Below are positions 12,083 through 28,265 of a DNA stretch of 64,000 nucleotides, piece after piece. The notes beneath the pieces were generated by a model. That model was not told the DNA's origin and ran no database searches. It saw only the letters and a list, made by a program, of their open reading frames with translations. Made by a program: the position numbers and the translations under genes. This stretch comes from the human T2T-CHM13v2.0 reference genome, Homo sapiens. Positions within the stretch are counted from its first letter, which is position 1. Each line of letters begins with the position of its first letter. The DNA is taken from NCBI RefSeq assembly GCF_009914755.1, contig NC_060937.1; one strand, given 5' to 3'.

Positions 12083-13807
12083 TTTTTTTTCTTTTTTGAC
12101 TTTTATTTTAGATTCAGGGGGTATGTGTGCAAGTTTATTACCTGGGTATATTGCGTGATGCTGAGGTATGGGGTATAAATGGTCCTGTCACCCAGGTAGT
12201 GAGCATAGTACCCAAAAGTTACTTTTTCAACCCTTGAACCTTCTCACCCTCCGCCTTGAGTAGTTTATAGTATCTGTTGTTGTCATCTTTATGTACATAA
12301 GTACCTAATGTTTAGCTCACATTTATAAGTTAGAACATGCAGTATTTGGTTTTCTGTTCCGCCATTAATTGTTTAGGATAATGATTTCCAGCTCCATCCA
12401 CATTGCTGCAAAGGACACGATTTTGTTCTTTTTTTATGGCTGTGTAGTATTCCATAGTGAATATGTACCATATTTTCTTTATTCAGTCCAGCATCGATGG
12501 GCACCTAGCTTGATTCCATGACATTGGTTTTATGGAAAGTACTATGATGAACATGTGAGTACATATTTTTTTGGTAGAATGATTCATTTTCTTTTGGATA
12601 TGAACCCAGTAATGAGATTGCTGGGTTGAATGGTAGCTCTATTTTAAGTTCTTTGAAAAAATCTCCAAATTCCACAGTGGTTCAGTGCCTGAACTAATTT
12701 ACATTCCCACAAATAGTGTATACGTAGCTCCTTTTCTCCACAGCCTCACCAACATCTGTTGTTTTTTGACTTCTTACTAATAGGCATTCTGACTACTGTA
12801 AGATGGTATCTCATTGTGGTTTTGATTTGCATTTCTCTAGTGATTAATAATTAGCATTTTTGTATGCTTCTCGGCTGCCTATATGTCTTCTTTTGAGAAG
12901 TGTGTGTTTATGTCTTTTGCCTATTTTGTAATGATGTTATTTGTTTTTTGGTTGTTGAATTGTTTAATTTCCTTACAGATTCTGGATATTAGATCTTTGC
13001 TGGATGCATTATCTGTGAACATTTTCTCCCATTCTATAGGTTGTCTGTTTACTCCTTTGATAGTTCCTGTTGCTGTGTAGTTCTTTAGTTTAATTAGATC
13101 CCACTTGTCAATTTTGGCTCTTGTTGCAATTACTTTTGAGGACTTAGTCATACACTCTTTATCAAGGCCTGTGTCCAGAATGGTGTTTCCTAAGTTTTCT
13201 TCTAGGATTCTTATAGTTTGAAGTCTTACATTTAAATGTTTAATCCATCTTGAGTTGATTTTGTATATGGTGATAGGTAGGGGTCCAGTTTCATTCTTGT
13301 GCATATGGACAGCCAGTTATCCCAGCACCATTTATTAAATAGGAAGTCCATTCCCCCATTGCTTGTTTTTGTCCATTTTGTCAAATATGAGATGGTGGTA
13401 GGTATGCAGCTTTACTTTTGAGTTTTCTATTCTGTTCCATTGGTCTATGTGTCTATTTATTTACTAGTACTGTGCCATTTTCGTTACTGTAGCATTATAT
13501 ATAGTTTGAAGTCAGGTAATGTGATGCCTCCCCCTGTGTCCTTTTTGTTTAGGATTGTTTGGGCTATTTGGGTTCTTTTTTCATTGCATATGAATTTTAA
13601 AATAGTTCTTTCCAATTACATGAAAATGATGTTGGTAATTTGATAGTAATAGTACTGAACCTGTAGACTGCTTTGGGCAATATGGCCATTTTAACAATAT
13701 TGATTCTTCCAGTCCATGAGCAGGGAATGTGTTTGCATTTGTTTGTGTCATCTATGATTTCCTTCAGCAGCGTTTTGTAGTTCTTCTTGTAGAAATCTTT
13801 TAGCTGC
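12083..13807 (-). mobile_element. LINE-1 L1PA15/16-like, 3' part (split by the full-length L1)
   Basis: T-rich tail, then 3'UTR gggtatattgcgtgatgctgagg...gtcacccaggtagtgagcatagtaccc. ORF2 remnant 12921-13304 ([13 protein letters not shown]...KIDKWDLIKLK). Confidence 0.95.
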
Positions 13808-14833
13808 GAGGGTCCATTCCAAGATGGCTGAATAGGAACAGCTCCAGTCTGCAGCTTCCAGCGTGATCAATGCAGAAATTGGGTGATTCCTACATTTCCA
13901 ACTGAGGTACCTGGTTCATCTCATTGGGACTGGTTGGACAGTGGGTGCAGCCCATGGAGGGTGAGCCGAAGCAGGGCAGGACATTGCCTCACCCGAGAAG
14001 TGCAAGGGGTCGGGGAATTTCCCTTTCCCTTGTCACAGCCAAGGGAAGCTGTGACAGACTGTACCTGGAAAATCAGAACATTGCCAGCTAAACACTGCAC
14101 TTTTCCAACCATCTTAGCAAACGGCACACCAGGAAGTTATATCCCGTGTCTGGCTCAGCAGGTTCCATGCCCATGGAGCTGTGCTCACTGCTAGTCTGAT
14201 ATCAAACTGTAAGGTGGCAAGCCTGGCTGGAGGAGGGGCATCCACCATTGCTGAGCTTTGAGTAGGTAAACAAAGCAGCTGGGAAGCTTAAACTGGGTGG
14301 AGCCCAACGAGGCCCACCTGCCTCTATAGACTCCACCTCTGGGGGCAGGGCATAGCTGAACAAAAGGCAGCAGAATCTTCTGCAGACTTAAACGTCCCTG
14401 TCTGACAGCTCTGAAGAGAGCAGTGGTTCTTCCAGCATGGTGTTTGAGCTCTAAGAATGGACAGACTGCCTCCTCAAGTCCTGACCCCCGTGTAGCCTAA
14501 CTTGGAGGCACCTCCCAGTGGGGGCCAGCTGACACCTCACATAGCTGGGTTCCCCTCTGAGACGAAGCTTCCAGAGGAAGGATCAGGCAGCAATGTTTGC
14601 TGTTCTGCAATATTTGCTGTTCTGCAGCCTCCTATGGTGATACCCAGGCAAACAGGGTCTGGAGTGGACCTCCAGCAAACTCCAACAGACCTGCAGCTGA
14701 GGGACCTGATGGTTAGAAGGAAAACTAACAAACAGAAAGGAATAGCATCAACATGAACAAAAAGGAAATCCACACCAAAACCCCATCTGTAGGTCACCAT
14801 CATCAAAGACCAAAGGTAGATAAAACCACAAAG
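13808..14833 (+). promoter_or_regulatory. L1 5'UTR internal promoter region (YY1 core aagatggc at 13821-13828; CpGs largely decayed)
   Basis: Lies between the 5' TSD and the ORF1 ATG. L1 5'UTRs are known to carry sense and antisense promoters. Activity of this copy is unknown. Confidence 0.7.
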
Positions 14834-15859
14834 ATGGGGAGAAACCAGAACAGAAAAGCTGAAAATTCTAAAAACCAGAGTGCCCCTTCTCCTTCAAAGG
14901 ATAACAGCTCCTCACCAGCAATGAAACAAAGCTGGACAGAGAATGACTTTGATGAGTTGACAGAAGTAGGCTTCAGAAAGTCGGTAACAACAAACTTCTC
15001 TGAGCTAAAGGAGGAAGTTCAAACCCATCACAAGAAAGCTGAAAACCTTGAAAAAAGATTAGACAAATGGCTAACTAGAATAAGCAGTGTAGAGAAGACC
15101 TTAAATGACCTGATGGAGCTGAAAACCAAGGCGCAAGAACTACGTGATGCATGCACAAGCTTCAGTAGCCGATTTGACCAAGTGGAAGAAAGGGTATCAG
15201 TGTTTGAAGATCAAATGAATGAAATGAAGTGAGAAGAGAAGTTTGGAGAAAAAAGAATAAAAAGAAATGAACAAAGCCTCCAAGAAATATGGGACTATGT
15301 GAAAAGACCAAATCTACGTTTGATTGGTGTACCTGAAAGTGACAGGGAGAATGCAACCAAGCTGGAAAACACTCTTCATGATATTATCCAGGAGAACTTC
15401 CCTAACCTAGCAAGGCAGGCCAACATTCAAATTCAGGAAATACAGAGAACACCATCAAGATACTCCTCGAGAAGAGCAACCCCAAGACACATAATTGTCA
15501 GCTTCACCAAAGTTTAAATGAAGGAAGAAATGTTAAGGGCAGCCAGAGAGAAAGGTCAGGTTACCCACAAAGGGAAGCCCATCAGACTAGCAGCTGATCT
15601 CTCGGCAGGAACCCTACAAGCCAGAATAGAGTGGGGGCCAATATTCAACATTTTTAAAGAAAAGAATTTTCAACCCAGAATTTCATATCCAGCCAAACTA
15701 AGCTTCATAAGTGAAGGAGAAATAAAATCCTTTACAGACAAGCAAATGCTGAGAGATTTTGTCACCACCAGGCCTGCCTTACAAGAGCTCCTGAAGGAAG
15801 CACTAAACATGGAAAGGAACAACCGGTACCAGCCACTGCAAAAACATGCCAAATTGTAA
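14834..15859 (+). pseudogene. ORF1: L1 ORF1p (RNA-binding chaperone), two nonsense codons and no frameshift
   Basis: ORF-track pieces 14753-15232, 15299-15517 and 15518-15859 share one frame: MGRNQNRK...KRPNLRLIGVPE...AAREKG...YPAKLS...QKHAKL. Stops at 15230-15232 (TGA) and 15515-15517 (TAA). Confidence 0.96.
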
Positions 15860-15922
15860 AGACCATCGATGCTAGGAAGAAACTGCATCAACTAACGGGC
15901 AAGGTAACCAACTAACATCATA

Positions 15923-19724
<3,802 letters not shown>

Positions 19725-19965
19725 ACAATGAGAACACTTGGACACAGGGCAGGGAACATCACACAGTGGGGCCTGTCATGGGGTGGGGGCATGGGGGAGG
19801 GATAGCATTAGGAGAAATACCTAATGTAAATGGTGAGTTAATGGGTGCAGCAAACCAACACGGCACAGGTATACATATGTAACAAACCTACACGTTGTGC
19901 ACATGTACCCCAGAAATTAAAGTATAATAAAAATCAATCAATCGATCAATCAATCTTTTAGCTGC

Positions 19966-20799
19966 CTGGCGAGAATTATCCTCAGGTATTTTTTTTTACG
20001 GCTATTGTAAACAGGATTGCATTCTTGATTTTTCTCTCAGCTTGAATGTTATTTGTGTATAGAAATGCTACTGATTTTCGTACATTGATTTTATATCCTG
20101 AAATTTTGTTGAACTCATTTATTAGTTCCAGGAGCCTTTTGGTAGAGTCTTTAGGATTTTCTAGGTGTAGAATGGTATTGTCAGCAAAGAGACGTAGTTT
20201 GACTTATTCTTTTCTTATTTGGAAGCTTTTCTTTCTTTCTTTTGCTTAATTGCTCTGGTGAGGACTTCCAGTACTATGTTGAATAGGAGTGGTGAGCGTG
20301 GCCATTGTTCCAGTTCTCAAGGGAATGCTTTCATCTTTTTCCCACTCATTAGGATGTTGGCTGTGAGTTTGTCATAAATGGCTCTTATTATTTTTAGGTA
20401 TATTCCCTCAATTTCTATTTTTTTGAGGATTTTTGACATGAAGAGATGTTGAATTTTATCAAAAGCCTTTTCTGCATCTATTGAGATAATCATATGGTTT
20501 TTGTTCTTAATTCTGTTTATGTAGTGAATCACATTTATTGATTTGCCTATGTTGAAGCAACCTTGCATTCCAGGAATGAAGCCTACTTGATTATGGTGAA
20601 TTAACTTTTTGATGTGCTGCTGGATTTGGTTTCTTAGTATTTTGTTGATGATTTTTGTGGCTATGTTCATCAGGGTTATTGACCTGTAGTTTTCTTTTTT
20701 TCATTGTGTACTTACCAGGTTTTGGTATCAGAGTGATGTTGGCTTTGCAGAATGAGTAAGGAGGTGTCCTTCCTCCTTGATATTTTGAAATAGTTCCAG
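19966..20799 (-). mobile_element. LINE-1 L1PA15/16-like, continuation of 12083-13807 (5'-truncated)
   Basis: Resumes collinearly after the TSD. ORF2 RT remnant 20317-20670 ([14 protein letters not shown]...[12 protein letters not shown]). Confidence 0.95.
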
Positions 20800-21009
20800 A
20801 AAGGCTAAGTGAAATGTTTTCACGTCATACCATTAGTGGTAAAGCTGGAGCGATGGACTTCCCTTTTTATTTTCTTTTCCACATTCCCATTAGGTCATAT
20901 ATCTAATAAAATAAGAACCTGATCTATATTGTTAATTACAGGCACCAGGAACTGCTTCTCCACATCTTAGTTAAGGATGTTGCTAAGAAATAAACTGCTT
21001 GGGCCCAGA

Positions 21010-21286
21010 ATATAAGAGTCACCTTTGATTCCTCTCTTGTTCTAGTGACCTACATCTAATCCTTCAGATAATCCAGTCAGTTGTCTATTCAATGTAAATT
21101 CAAAATCTCCTTCCCTTTTGCCATTTACTCAGTCAAAGTCACCATTGTCTCTTTCTTGGGCTACTGCAAGAGCCTTATCATTAGTCTTTTTTAGATCTCC
21201 TCTTGCTCCTTCTATTGCATTTGCCACCTAGCAGTCAGGGTTCTGAAATATATCTCTATTTCTAATTCTGTATCTATTCTATCTCT

Positions 21287-21317
<31 letters not shown>

Positions 21318-21912
21318 ATATATAATGTGTGTGTGTGTATGTTTAATCACTCCCTTGCTTAATATTCTCCAATGGCTCCCCATTTCACCTAGGGTACAGT
21401 CCATGCACTTCTCCCTGACTTCCAAAGCCCTTCATGATCCAGTCCTTGTCTGTGTCTCTAACTCATTGCTTATACTCTCTCACTTGTTTACTATGATCCA
21501 GGCACACTGAGTCATTCCATCTCTCTAATACACCTGCTATCTTCCTGCCTCCATCCATGTTCATGAGTCCTTTTCTCTGCCTGAAATAGTTTACACCCAG
21601 ACCTTCACGTGGCTGGTGACTTCTTATCATTCAGGTCTCGCCTCAGATGTCATTTCCTCAGACAGCGCTCTTAAGGGAGGCTTTTCTGATCACAATTTCC
21701 CCCCAGGTACTTTCTAGCAAATTATCCTGTTGGAATATTCACAGCTTTTGCTGCTATCCAGAATTACATATTTTAAAATGACATGATTATTATCTGCTTT
21801 CTGTACTAGAATGCACAATTCAGGAGGGCATGGTCTTTGCCTAACTTGTTCACTTAATTATATCTCCAGTGCCTAGAATAGTGCCTGGCACATAGTTAAC
21901 TGTTGAGCAATA
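21010..21912 (+). mobile_element. L2a-like LINE 3' region
   Basis: gagtcacctttgattcctctct, aatattctccaatggctccccatttcac, ccttcatgatccagtcc, and the 3' end tctccagtgcctagaatagtgcctggcacatag. Confidence 0.85.
21281..21340. repeat. Compound (CT)n(TA)n(TG)n microsatellite
   Basis: Read directly; lies within the L2. Confidence 0.9.
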
Positions 21913-21974
21913 AAGACTGGAAGGTGAAGAATGCTCTGTTCTCAAAATGATTCACACCGAGGCCTTTAAGGTCA

Positions 21975-22145
21975 ATGTAGCTGTGTGTAACAAGCAAGAT
22001 ACTTAAATTTCCTTATTTTTACAGTAATAATAATAATGACTAATAGAGTAAGCTTATCAAATTACTGTCAGAATATCAAGTAGGTTAATGCATGCAAAGT
22101 GCTTGGCCTTGTGCCAGGCACATAGTAAGTGCTCAATGACAGCTT
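21975..22145 (+). mobile_element. MIR SINE
   Basis: ttaatgcatgcaaagtgcttggccttgtgccaggcacatagtaagtgctcaat is the MIR 3' end. Confidence 0.75.
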
Positions 22146-23394
22146 AAAAAAAAAAAGCAAAGAAATAAAACTAACTTTAAAATTTGATGTCAACTCATAA
22201 AACTGATTTCTGAGGCCTCATTTTTTTCTTTACTGTACTAGCTCAGTATTTTTTCTTAGAGAGGAAAAAGGGATTTGGAAAACAAATGTGAGAGAGTAGA
22301 AAGACAAAGAGAAGTGGCATTGAAAACCAATCTCTTTGCCCTTGTTGCCCTTGGTTTGATCTACCTCCTCTGTTTCACTTTTTTGAAGCAATTCAGGTAT
22401 GAAGATAGAAGGAGGATCAGGAAGCAGAACACATTAAAATTCCACATTTTATTTACCATATGGCTAACTATGTACTGTTAGTGGAATTCTCCAACTTTAT
22501 ACAGTTTAGTCTACCCGCAATGAGCAATTAGCAAAATTATAAGCAGTAAACTTAAGCTGAAAACCAATAGATGATACATTTGTTAGTTCCAGATTAATGT
22601 TTGGCTATTTCTAATACACAGGATTTAAGTTTATCTAAAATTGTAGACAAGCCTTTTTTTTACTCCCAACCAAATAATCTTCCGTTACTTACAAACAATT
22701 GCAATTTGGAGCCTCATTGATGGGAAAACAGAAAGGGGAAGAACTAAAGTTCTTACAACTTCAAAATAAACCTGAACAGTTGACCCATGAGAGGATGCAG
22801 ACTCTGATAGTCAGGTTATCCCTGGTCTCTTGTTCTTTTACTCTTCTTTTCCTAGACATAAACCTGAATAACATTAATCAGGCTAGCAGGAATTTCTATT
22901 GCTTTAAGATTATTTCAAACTAAGATGGAAAACTATACAAAATGTTTTCTTCATGTAGTCACAAAAACTGAAAATATCCAAGTTTCAGTCACTGCTTCAA
23001 TTATCTATTACAACCCTAGCTGGGCCATTGTTGGGAGCGAGGTGAAAGGGCTTTAATTAGAATAGACAGTAGGACAAGATTAGGTGGAAATGTCTGACCT
23101 CACGATTTGGAAAAATAAATCTGCTATATAGTTAACCTCAGCACTTCCAGATTTCAGAAACTATAAACAATATGCAGTAGACTTTTCTATTAATTCCTAT
23201 TTGTCTCTTAACTAAAACGTCAGTTAAATCCTTAGCTTGACATATAGTCAGGAGATCTAGTTTTATCTTAAGATTAGATTTCTCCTCTTGCTTTGTCTAC
23301 ATTCTGGTTCTCTTCTTTCTGTTCCTTGGCCTTTCTGTACCACATTTCCTTTCTTTCCTTTGCTAAGAATGTTTCAGTGGGTTCTTAGGCTGAG

Positions 23395-23595
23395 TGGAGA
23401 GTGGAGTCACATGCCAGGAATTGGATCCCAACTCGGCCACTTCCTTTGTAGATTTTTACCTTTCTCCCTCTAAATGGGATTTAGCTGAAAAGTTCATGGG
23501 GGTAAAAGTGAATATTAACTGGATTAAAAAAGGAAGCTGTTTACTAGAGTTACTAGCACATAGGAAGTACCATGAACATTCTGGCTGTTATCATT
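23395..23595 (+). mobile_element. MIR SINE (diverged)
   Basis: tggagtcaca...ggatcccaactcggccactt (MIR core start) and tagcacataggaagtacc...gctgttatcatt. Confidence 0.55.
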
Positions 23596-24404
23596 TCCAG
23601 TAGAAGATTTGATTTAGTTTCATCTGCATTTATTCAGATTTTACTTTTATTAACCAGTGTTTTCAACAGCATGCTTGAAGAGGTTGTTCTCCTCATTATA
23701 TCTTTCCAATGGCCTCTACTAATTGCTTATTGCTCAAGAAACCGTTTCTATGATGGACATTGGAATTTTTTTCTGACCCACAACCATCCCAGTTTATCTT
23801 TTAAATAGTACTTAAAGTTTCCTTTTGGGGAGTTCTTTCACCACCTTTTGGCAGAATTTTTCAAATAAGTGCTTTCTTCTCTCCCTCAAGCCCAATTGGG
23901 CACTCATGGAATTCTCAGAATTTGATAGAATGACAAATAAATTGAAAATGGTTGGACCTCTTCATTCCAGCCATAGCACCTGGATGAACTTCTCGAGTAA
24001 CTCCTTCCAGTTTAGACTCTCTAAAAGCTACCTGCCTGTGAGCTTTCCTCTTAGGTCTGGGTGCTCCCCCTATATCCATCCAATGAATTCTTTTTACTCA
24101 AGCTGGCCAGAGTAAATTTCTCTTACCCAAAATGGATGAATCCTGTCTGGTAGAGATCTTTTCTCTGTTTGTTAGCGATGCTCCTCTCCAATCTACAAAT
24201 TCTGTGCCCACTCAAGTGTTTTGCCCTATTGTATTCTATGTGCTACTGGCTACTGGCTAGTTGCCTTTTTGTTTCCTACTGCAGGACTTGGAAATGTATT
24301 TCATTCTACTGCATTTCGCATAAAGAATAGTTTCTTGATTAGTATCTGAATTGAAAACAGTTTCTCAGTTGAGGAAAATTATCAAAGCTGTACTAGGCTT
24401 GTTT

Positions 24405-25735
24405 ATAATGGCCTGCTATTTCCGCAGCCCCTTCTAAGGGAAGCTGCTGAGGTCCTTGCTCACTAATGAGTAGGTTTGTTATGGGGATGTACCACATGAC
24501 CACACCATCTGGCTGTTACTTATTGGACCAAGATGTGCATCTACCCCAAGGCAGCAAGTCTAGTTCCAGCAAGGCAGAAACCTATGGCTTGCATAGCCTG
24601 GCTCAAAAAAATGGGAAGAAAGCCAATCAGATCCCCCTCTTAGGAATTTAGAATTGGGAAACAGTCCTGCCTAAAGCAGTTAACCTTAGGGACATGTATC
24701 AATACGATGTATAAAGAGTTGTTACTGTGTAGAGGGGGTTGAAATAGTCACTCAGAGACATACACAAACTGAAGCTGCAAAGGATCCCTAGAGGAGAGGC
24801 AGGCAAATGAAATAGTGTAGCAGAAAAAAATCCCAGAAATTTATGAAGCTGTGATTTCTGTAGAGGAGATAGGGAGACTTTGGTTTCTGATGGCTTTCTT
24901 GGTCTAATTCTTGTGAGGCCTTGTTACAGGTAGTTAGGCATAAGTGTGGCAGGAAAGGGTTCTCCCCTCACCCACTAGAAATATCCAGTGATAGTTCGGC
25001 AATTATCACATTGCCTATCTGAGAGTGATAATCTAGCAGAGCCAGGGAGTGGCCATTTCCTGCTGGTCCACATCTTTAACACCAAAATGCTAACTGAACA
25101 CAGACCCCTGGGAGAAGAAACTTTCTGGGCATGCATATTAAGAAACAAAAATGGCGAAGTATGATCTCCTGGGTACACTCCACTGGAAAGAGTAAGAAAG
25201 CCTCAGCTGGGCATGTGTATAACTCCCTAAACATGCTGCACGTGCTCACTTCCCAAGGGTAAGGAGGGCTCTGCGCATGTGGGCAGCCCACCCTAAGGGA
25301 AGAATCATGGAAAAGAGGTGAGGTTATAAAACCCTTAGGATCAGGGTTAAATGGAGCACTTGACCTTCTCTTTTTAACCTTCATGTGCCTGCTTGGGTCT
25401 CTTCCAAGTTCACCTTCCTTTCTTTCCTGTTTTAAGGCCTTTTAAAATAAACTCCCATTCCTGCTCTGGAACTTGCCTTGGTCTCTTTTTCTGCTTTATG
25501 CACCTCGGTAGAATTCTTTCTTCTGAGGAGGCAAGGACTGTAAGTTGCTATGGACTTGTAAGGATAGACCGCCTATAACTTGGGGTAACTCGGATCTCTT
25601 CCACCGGTAAACGCCTGGCTATATAACATTACTGCTCTCAAATTTGGGGGATCTTTATGTACCTTTAAATATATCCTACCACCTTTTTTCTATGGTTTGT
25701 GAAGCCAAATGTTTCTTGATTCAAATAGCATTATA
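24405..25735 (+). mobile_element. Old ERVL/MaLR-class LTR (LTR16/LTR33-like), split by the MER50-like LTR
   Basis: attggaccaagatgtgcatctaccccaagg and agccaatcagatccccctcttaggaatttagaattggga. Sequence rejoins as gtgaggcct|ggcta across the insertion. Confidence 0.55.
24922..25612 (+). mobile_element. ERV1 solo LTR, MER50-like, complete
   Basis: Starts tgttacaggtagttaggcat and ends ccaccggtaaac. TATA-like ttataaaa at ~25324, aataaa at ~25446. 4-bp TSD gcct at 24918-24921 and 25613-25616. Confidence 0.85.
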
Positions 25736-26125
25736 CTACTTCCTGTGTGACATCAGTGAATCTATTCTTCTTCAGTAGGAGGCCAGAATTATTTCTGCTA
25801 AACCACTCTAGTCATTGTGTCTGAACTACAATAGCGTGAGAAATTTGTTATTTTTTATTAAATTTTTGGTTTTGCGTATGCTGCCCTTCTTCCTAGATTG
25901 CATCATCATCTGATTGTCAGATTCTTATACATTCTTTAAACCATATTTCCTCCCCATGTGTTCCATGAAGTTACCCTAGATCATTTGTAAAAGTTGTCCA
26001 CTCCCTCCCATTGTGTGATTACTACAACTTGTCTATACTAATATTCTTCATTCAGACATCTTATGAATTTCGTTCAGTAAGGACTGTAAAAAGTTTATGA
26101 AATTGGGACAGTTGATACTACTAAC

Positions 26126-28265
26126 TTTTAAAATTTTTTAATAAAAAGTAAAGATTGTATATATTGAAGGTGTACAATGTGATGACTTGATATACAAACA
26201 CATTGTATAATGATTACAACAATCAAATTAATTAAAACATCAATCACCATTCATTCTGTACCTTAGATGCCCAGAATTTGTTCATCTTATAACTGAAAGC
26301 TCTTACTGTTTGGCCAACATCTCCATATTTATTCCACCCCCAGAGCCTGGTAACCACCATTCTTATTTCTGCTTCTACAAGTTCAGCTTTTTGAAATTCC
26401 ACATGTAAATGAGATCATGAGATATTTGTCTTTCTGTGCCTGGCTTATTTAACTTAGCGTAATGTCCTCCAGATTCATTCATGCTGTTTCAAATGGCAGG
26501 ACTTCCTTCTTTTTAAAGGCTAAATGATATTCCATTGTATATATGTATCACATTTATTTAATCTATTCCTTTGTTAATAGACACTTAGGTTGATTCCATA
26601 TCTTGGCTATTATAAAAGTGCTGCTATGAAGCATGGCAATACAGATATCTCCTCAACATCCTGATCTCATTTCCTTTTGTTATATTCCCAAAAGTGGAAT
26701 GGTTATGTCATACTGTAGTTCTATTTTTAATTTTTTGAGGACACTGCATACTGTTTTTCATAATGGTTGTACTAATTTACATTCCTATCAACTTTGTTAA
26801 AAGGTTCCCTTTTCTTCTTATCCTTACCAACACTTATCGCTTGCCTTTTTGATAATAGCCATTCTAAGAGGTGTGCAGTGATGTCTCATTGTGGTTTTGA
26901 TTTGTTTTTCTTTGATGATTCACTTTGTTGAACATTTTTTCACGTATTTGTTGGACATTTGTACATCTTTGGAGAAATGTTTATTCAGGTTTTGCCCATT
27001 TTAAAATTGCGTTATTTATCTATTTGCTGTTGAGTTGGGTGCATTCCTTATATACTTTGGATATTAATCCCTTATCTGATATATGGTTTGCAAATAGTTT
27101 CTCCCATTCCATAGGTTTCCTTTTCATTTTGTTGGTTGTTTCTTTTGCTGTGCAAAAGCTTTTTAACGCTTTTCCCATTTATCCCTGAGAATACTTGCCA
27201 GCAGCACTTATGTCTGCATCATTTACCCCGAGATAACTTTGCCATGAAATATCTGGCTTTTATTACTATTTCACATCTCTCTAGTGTATCGACTTTGGAA
27301 ACAAAATACATTGTTCTATTTATAGCATTCTGGTTTTAGTAGTGGTATTTCCATTTACAAAATATAGTGAATCTCGATTGCTGAAAATGTCAAATCCTAG
27401 AAAATGCAGCATTCCTATACGTTGTTAACATTGTTCTCTAACAGTTGTTGGCAGATTTATTTGATGAATCTGATTTTTCCAAAATAGATGATTCAGATGA
27501 TTCAGACAATTCCAATGTTAGCTCTGTTTAAAAATAACTCCAAGAACAGTTTTTATATTTTATTTTCACATTGAAAATTAGTCAGATTTGCTTCAACCTC
27601 AAAGAGCATGGTTATTTAAAATTAGGTGAGTGCTGGAAGTGAGTTATACCTTTTTTTTAAACAGAAAAAGGATTAATTTTATGTAGTCTTGCTAGTTGAT
27701 TTTTTTCTTTTGTTGCCTCTGCTTTTGGTGTTATATCAAAAAATCATTGCCAAGATCAATGTCAAGGAGATTTCCCTCTATATTTTCTTCTAACAATTTT
27801 GCAGTTTCTGATCTTAAATGTAAGTTTTTTATCCATTTCAAGTTAGTTTTTGTTTAGGATATAAGAAAATGGTCAAATTTCATTGCTTTGCAGGTGAATA
27901 ACCAGTTTTCCCGACACCACTGAAGAGACTTTCCTTTCTCCATTGTATATTCTTGGTGCTCTTGTCAGAGATTAGTTGACCATAGAGGCATGGGTTTATT
28001 TCTGGACTTTCTCTTCTATTCCATTGGTTTAAATGTTTATTTTTATGCTAATGCCACACTGTCTTGATTACTATAGCTTTGTAATGTAGTTTGAAATAAG
28101 GAAGTTTGATGCTTTGTTATTGCTTCTCAAGCTCACTTTGGGTGTTTGGGGTCTTTGGTGATTCCATCAGAATTTCAGAAGTGTTTTTTCTATCTCTGTG
28201 AAAAATGCCATTGGCGTTTTGATAAGCATTGCATTTAATCTGTAAATTGCTATGGATACTAAGAA
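26126..28265 (-). mobile_element. LINE-1 L1MA-like (about L1MA8-9), 5'-truncated, interrupted by MER75
   Basis: L1MA 3'UTR (attgtatatattgaaggtgtacaatgtgatg...ttcatcttataactgaaag...cctggtaaccaccattc) followed by antisense ORF2 3' sequence. Confidence 0.88.
27167..27672 (+). mobile_element. MER75 non-autonomous piggyBac DNA transposon, complete
   Basis: TTAA TSD at 27163-27166 and 27673-27676. Degenerate TIRs cgcttttcccattt / aaacagaaaaagga. Internal tttaccccgagataactttgcca. L1 flanks rejoin as gctgtgcaaaagctttttaa|ttttatgtagtc. Confidence 0.93.

Noticed and set aside
13921-14248. Intact antisense L1 ORF0
   Set aside because: The ATG at 14248 gives MVDAPPPAR, then shifts frame and stops after ~44 codons. 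The 13921-14127 ORF is a separate piece without an ATG start.
19780-19801. G-quadruplex motif in the L1 3'UTR
   Set aside because: Real, but a standard feature of L1PA 3'UTRs rather than specific to this locus.
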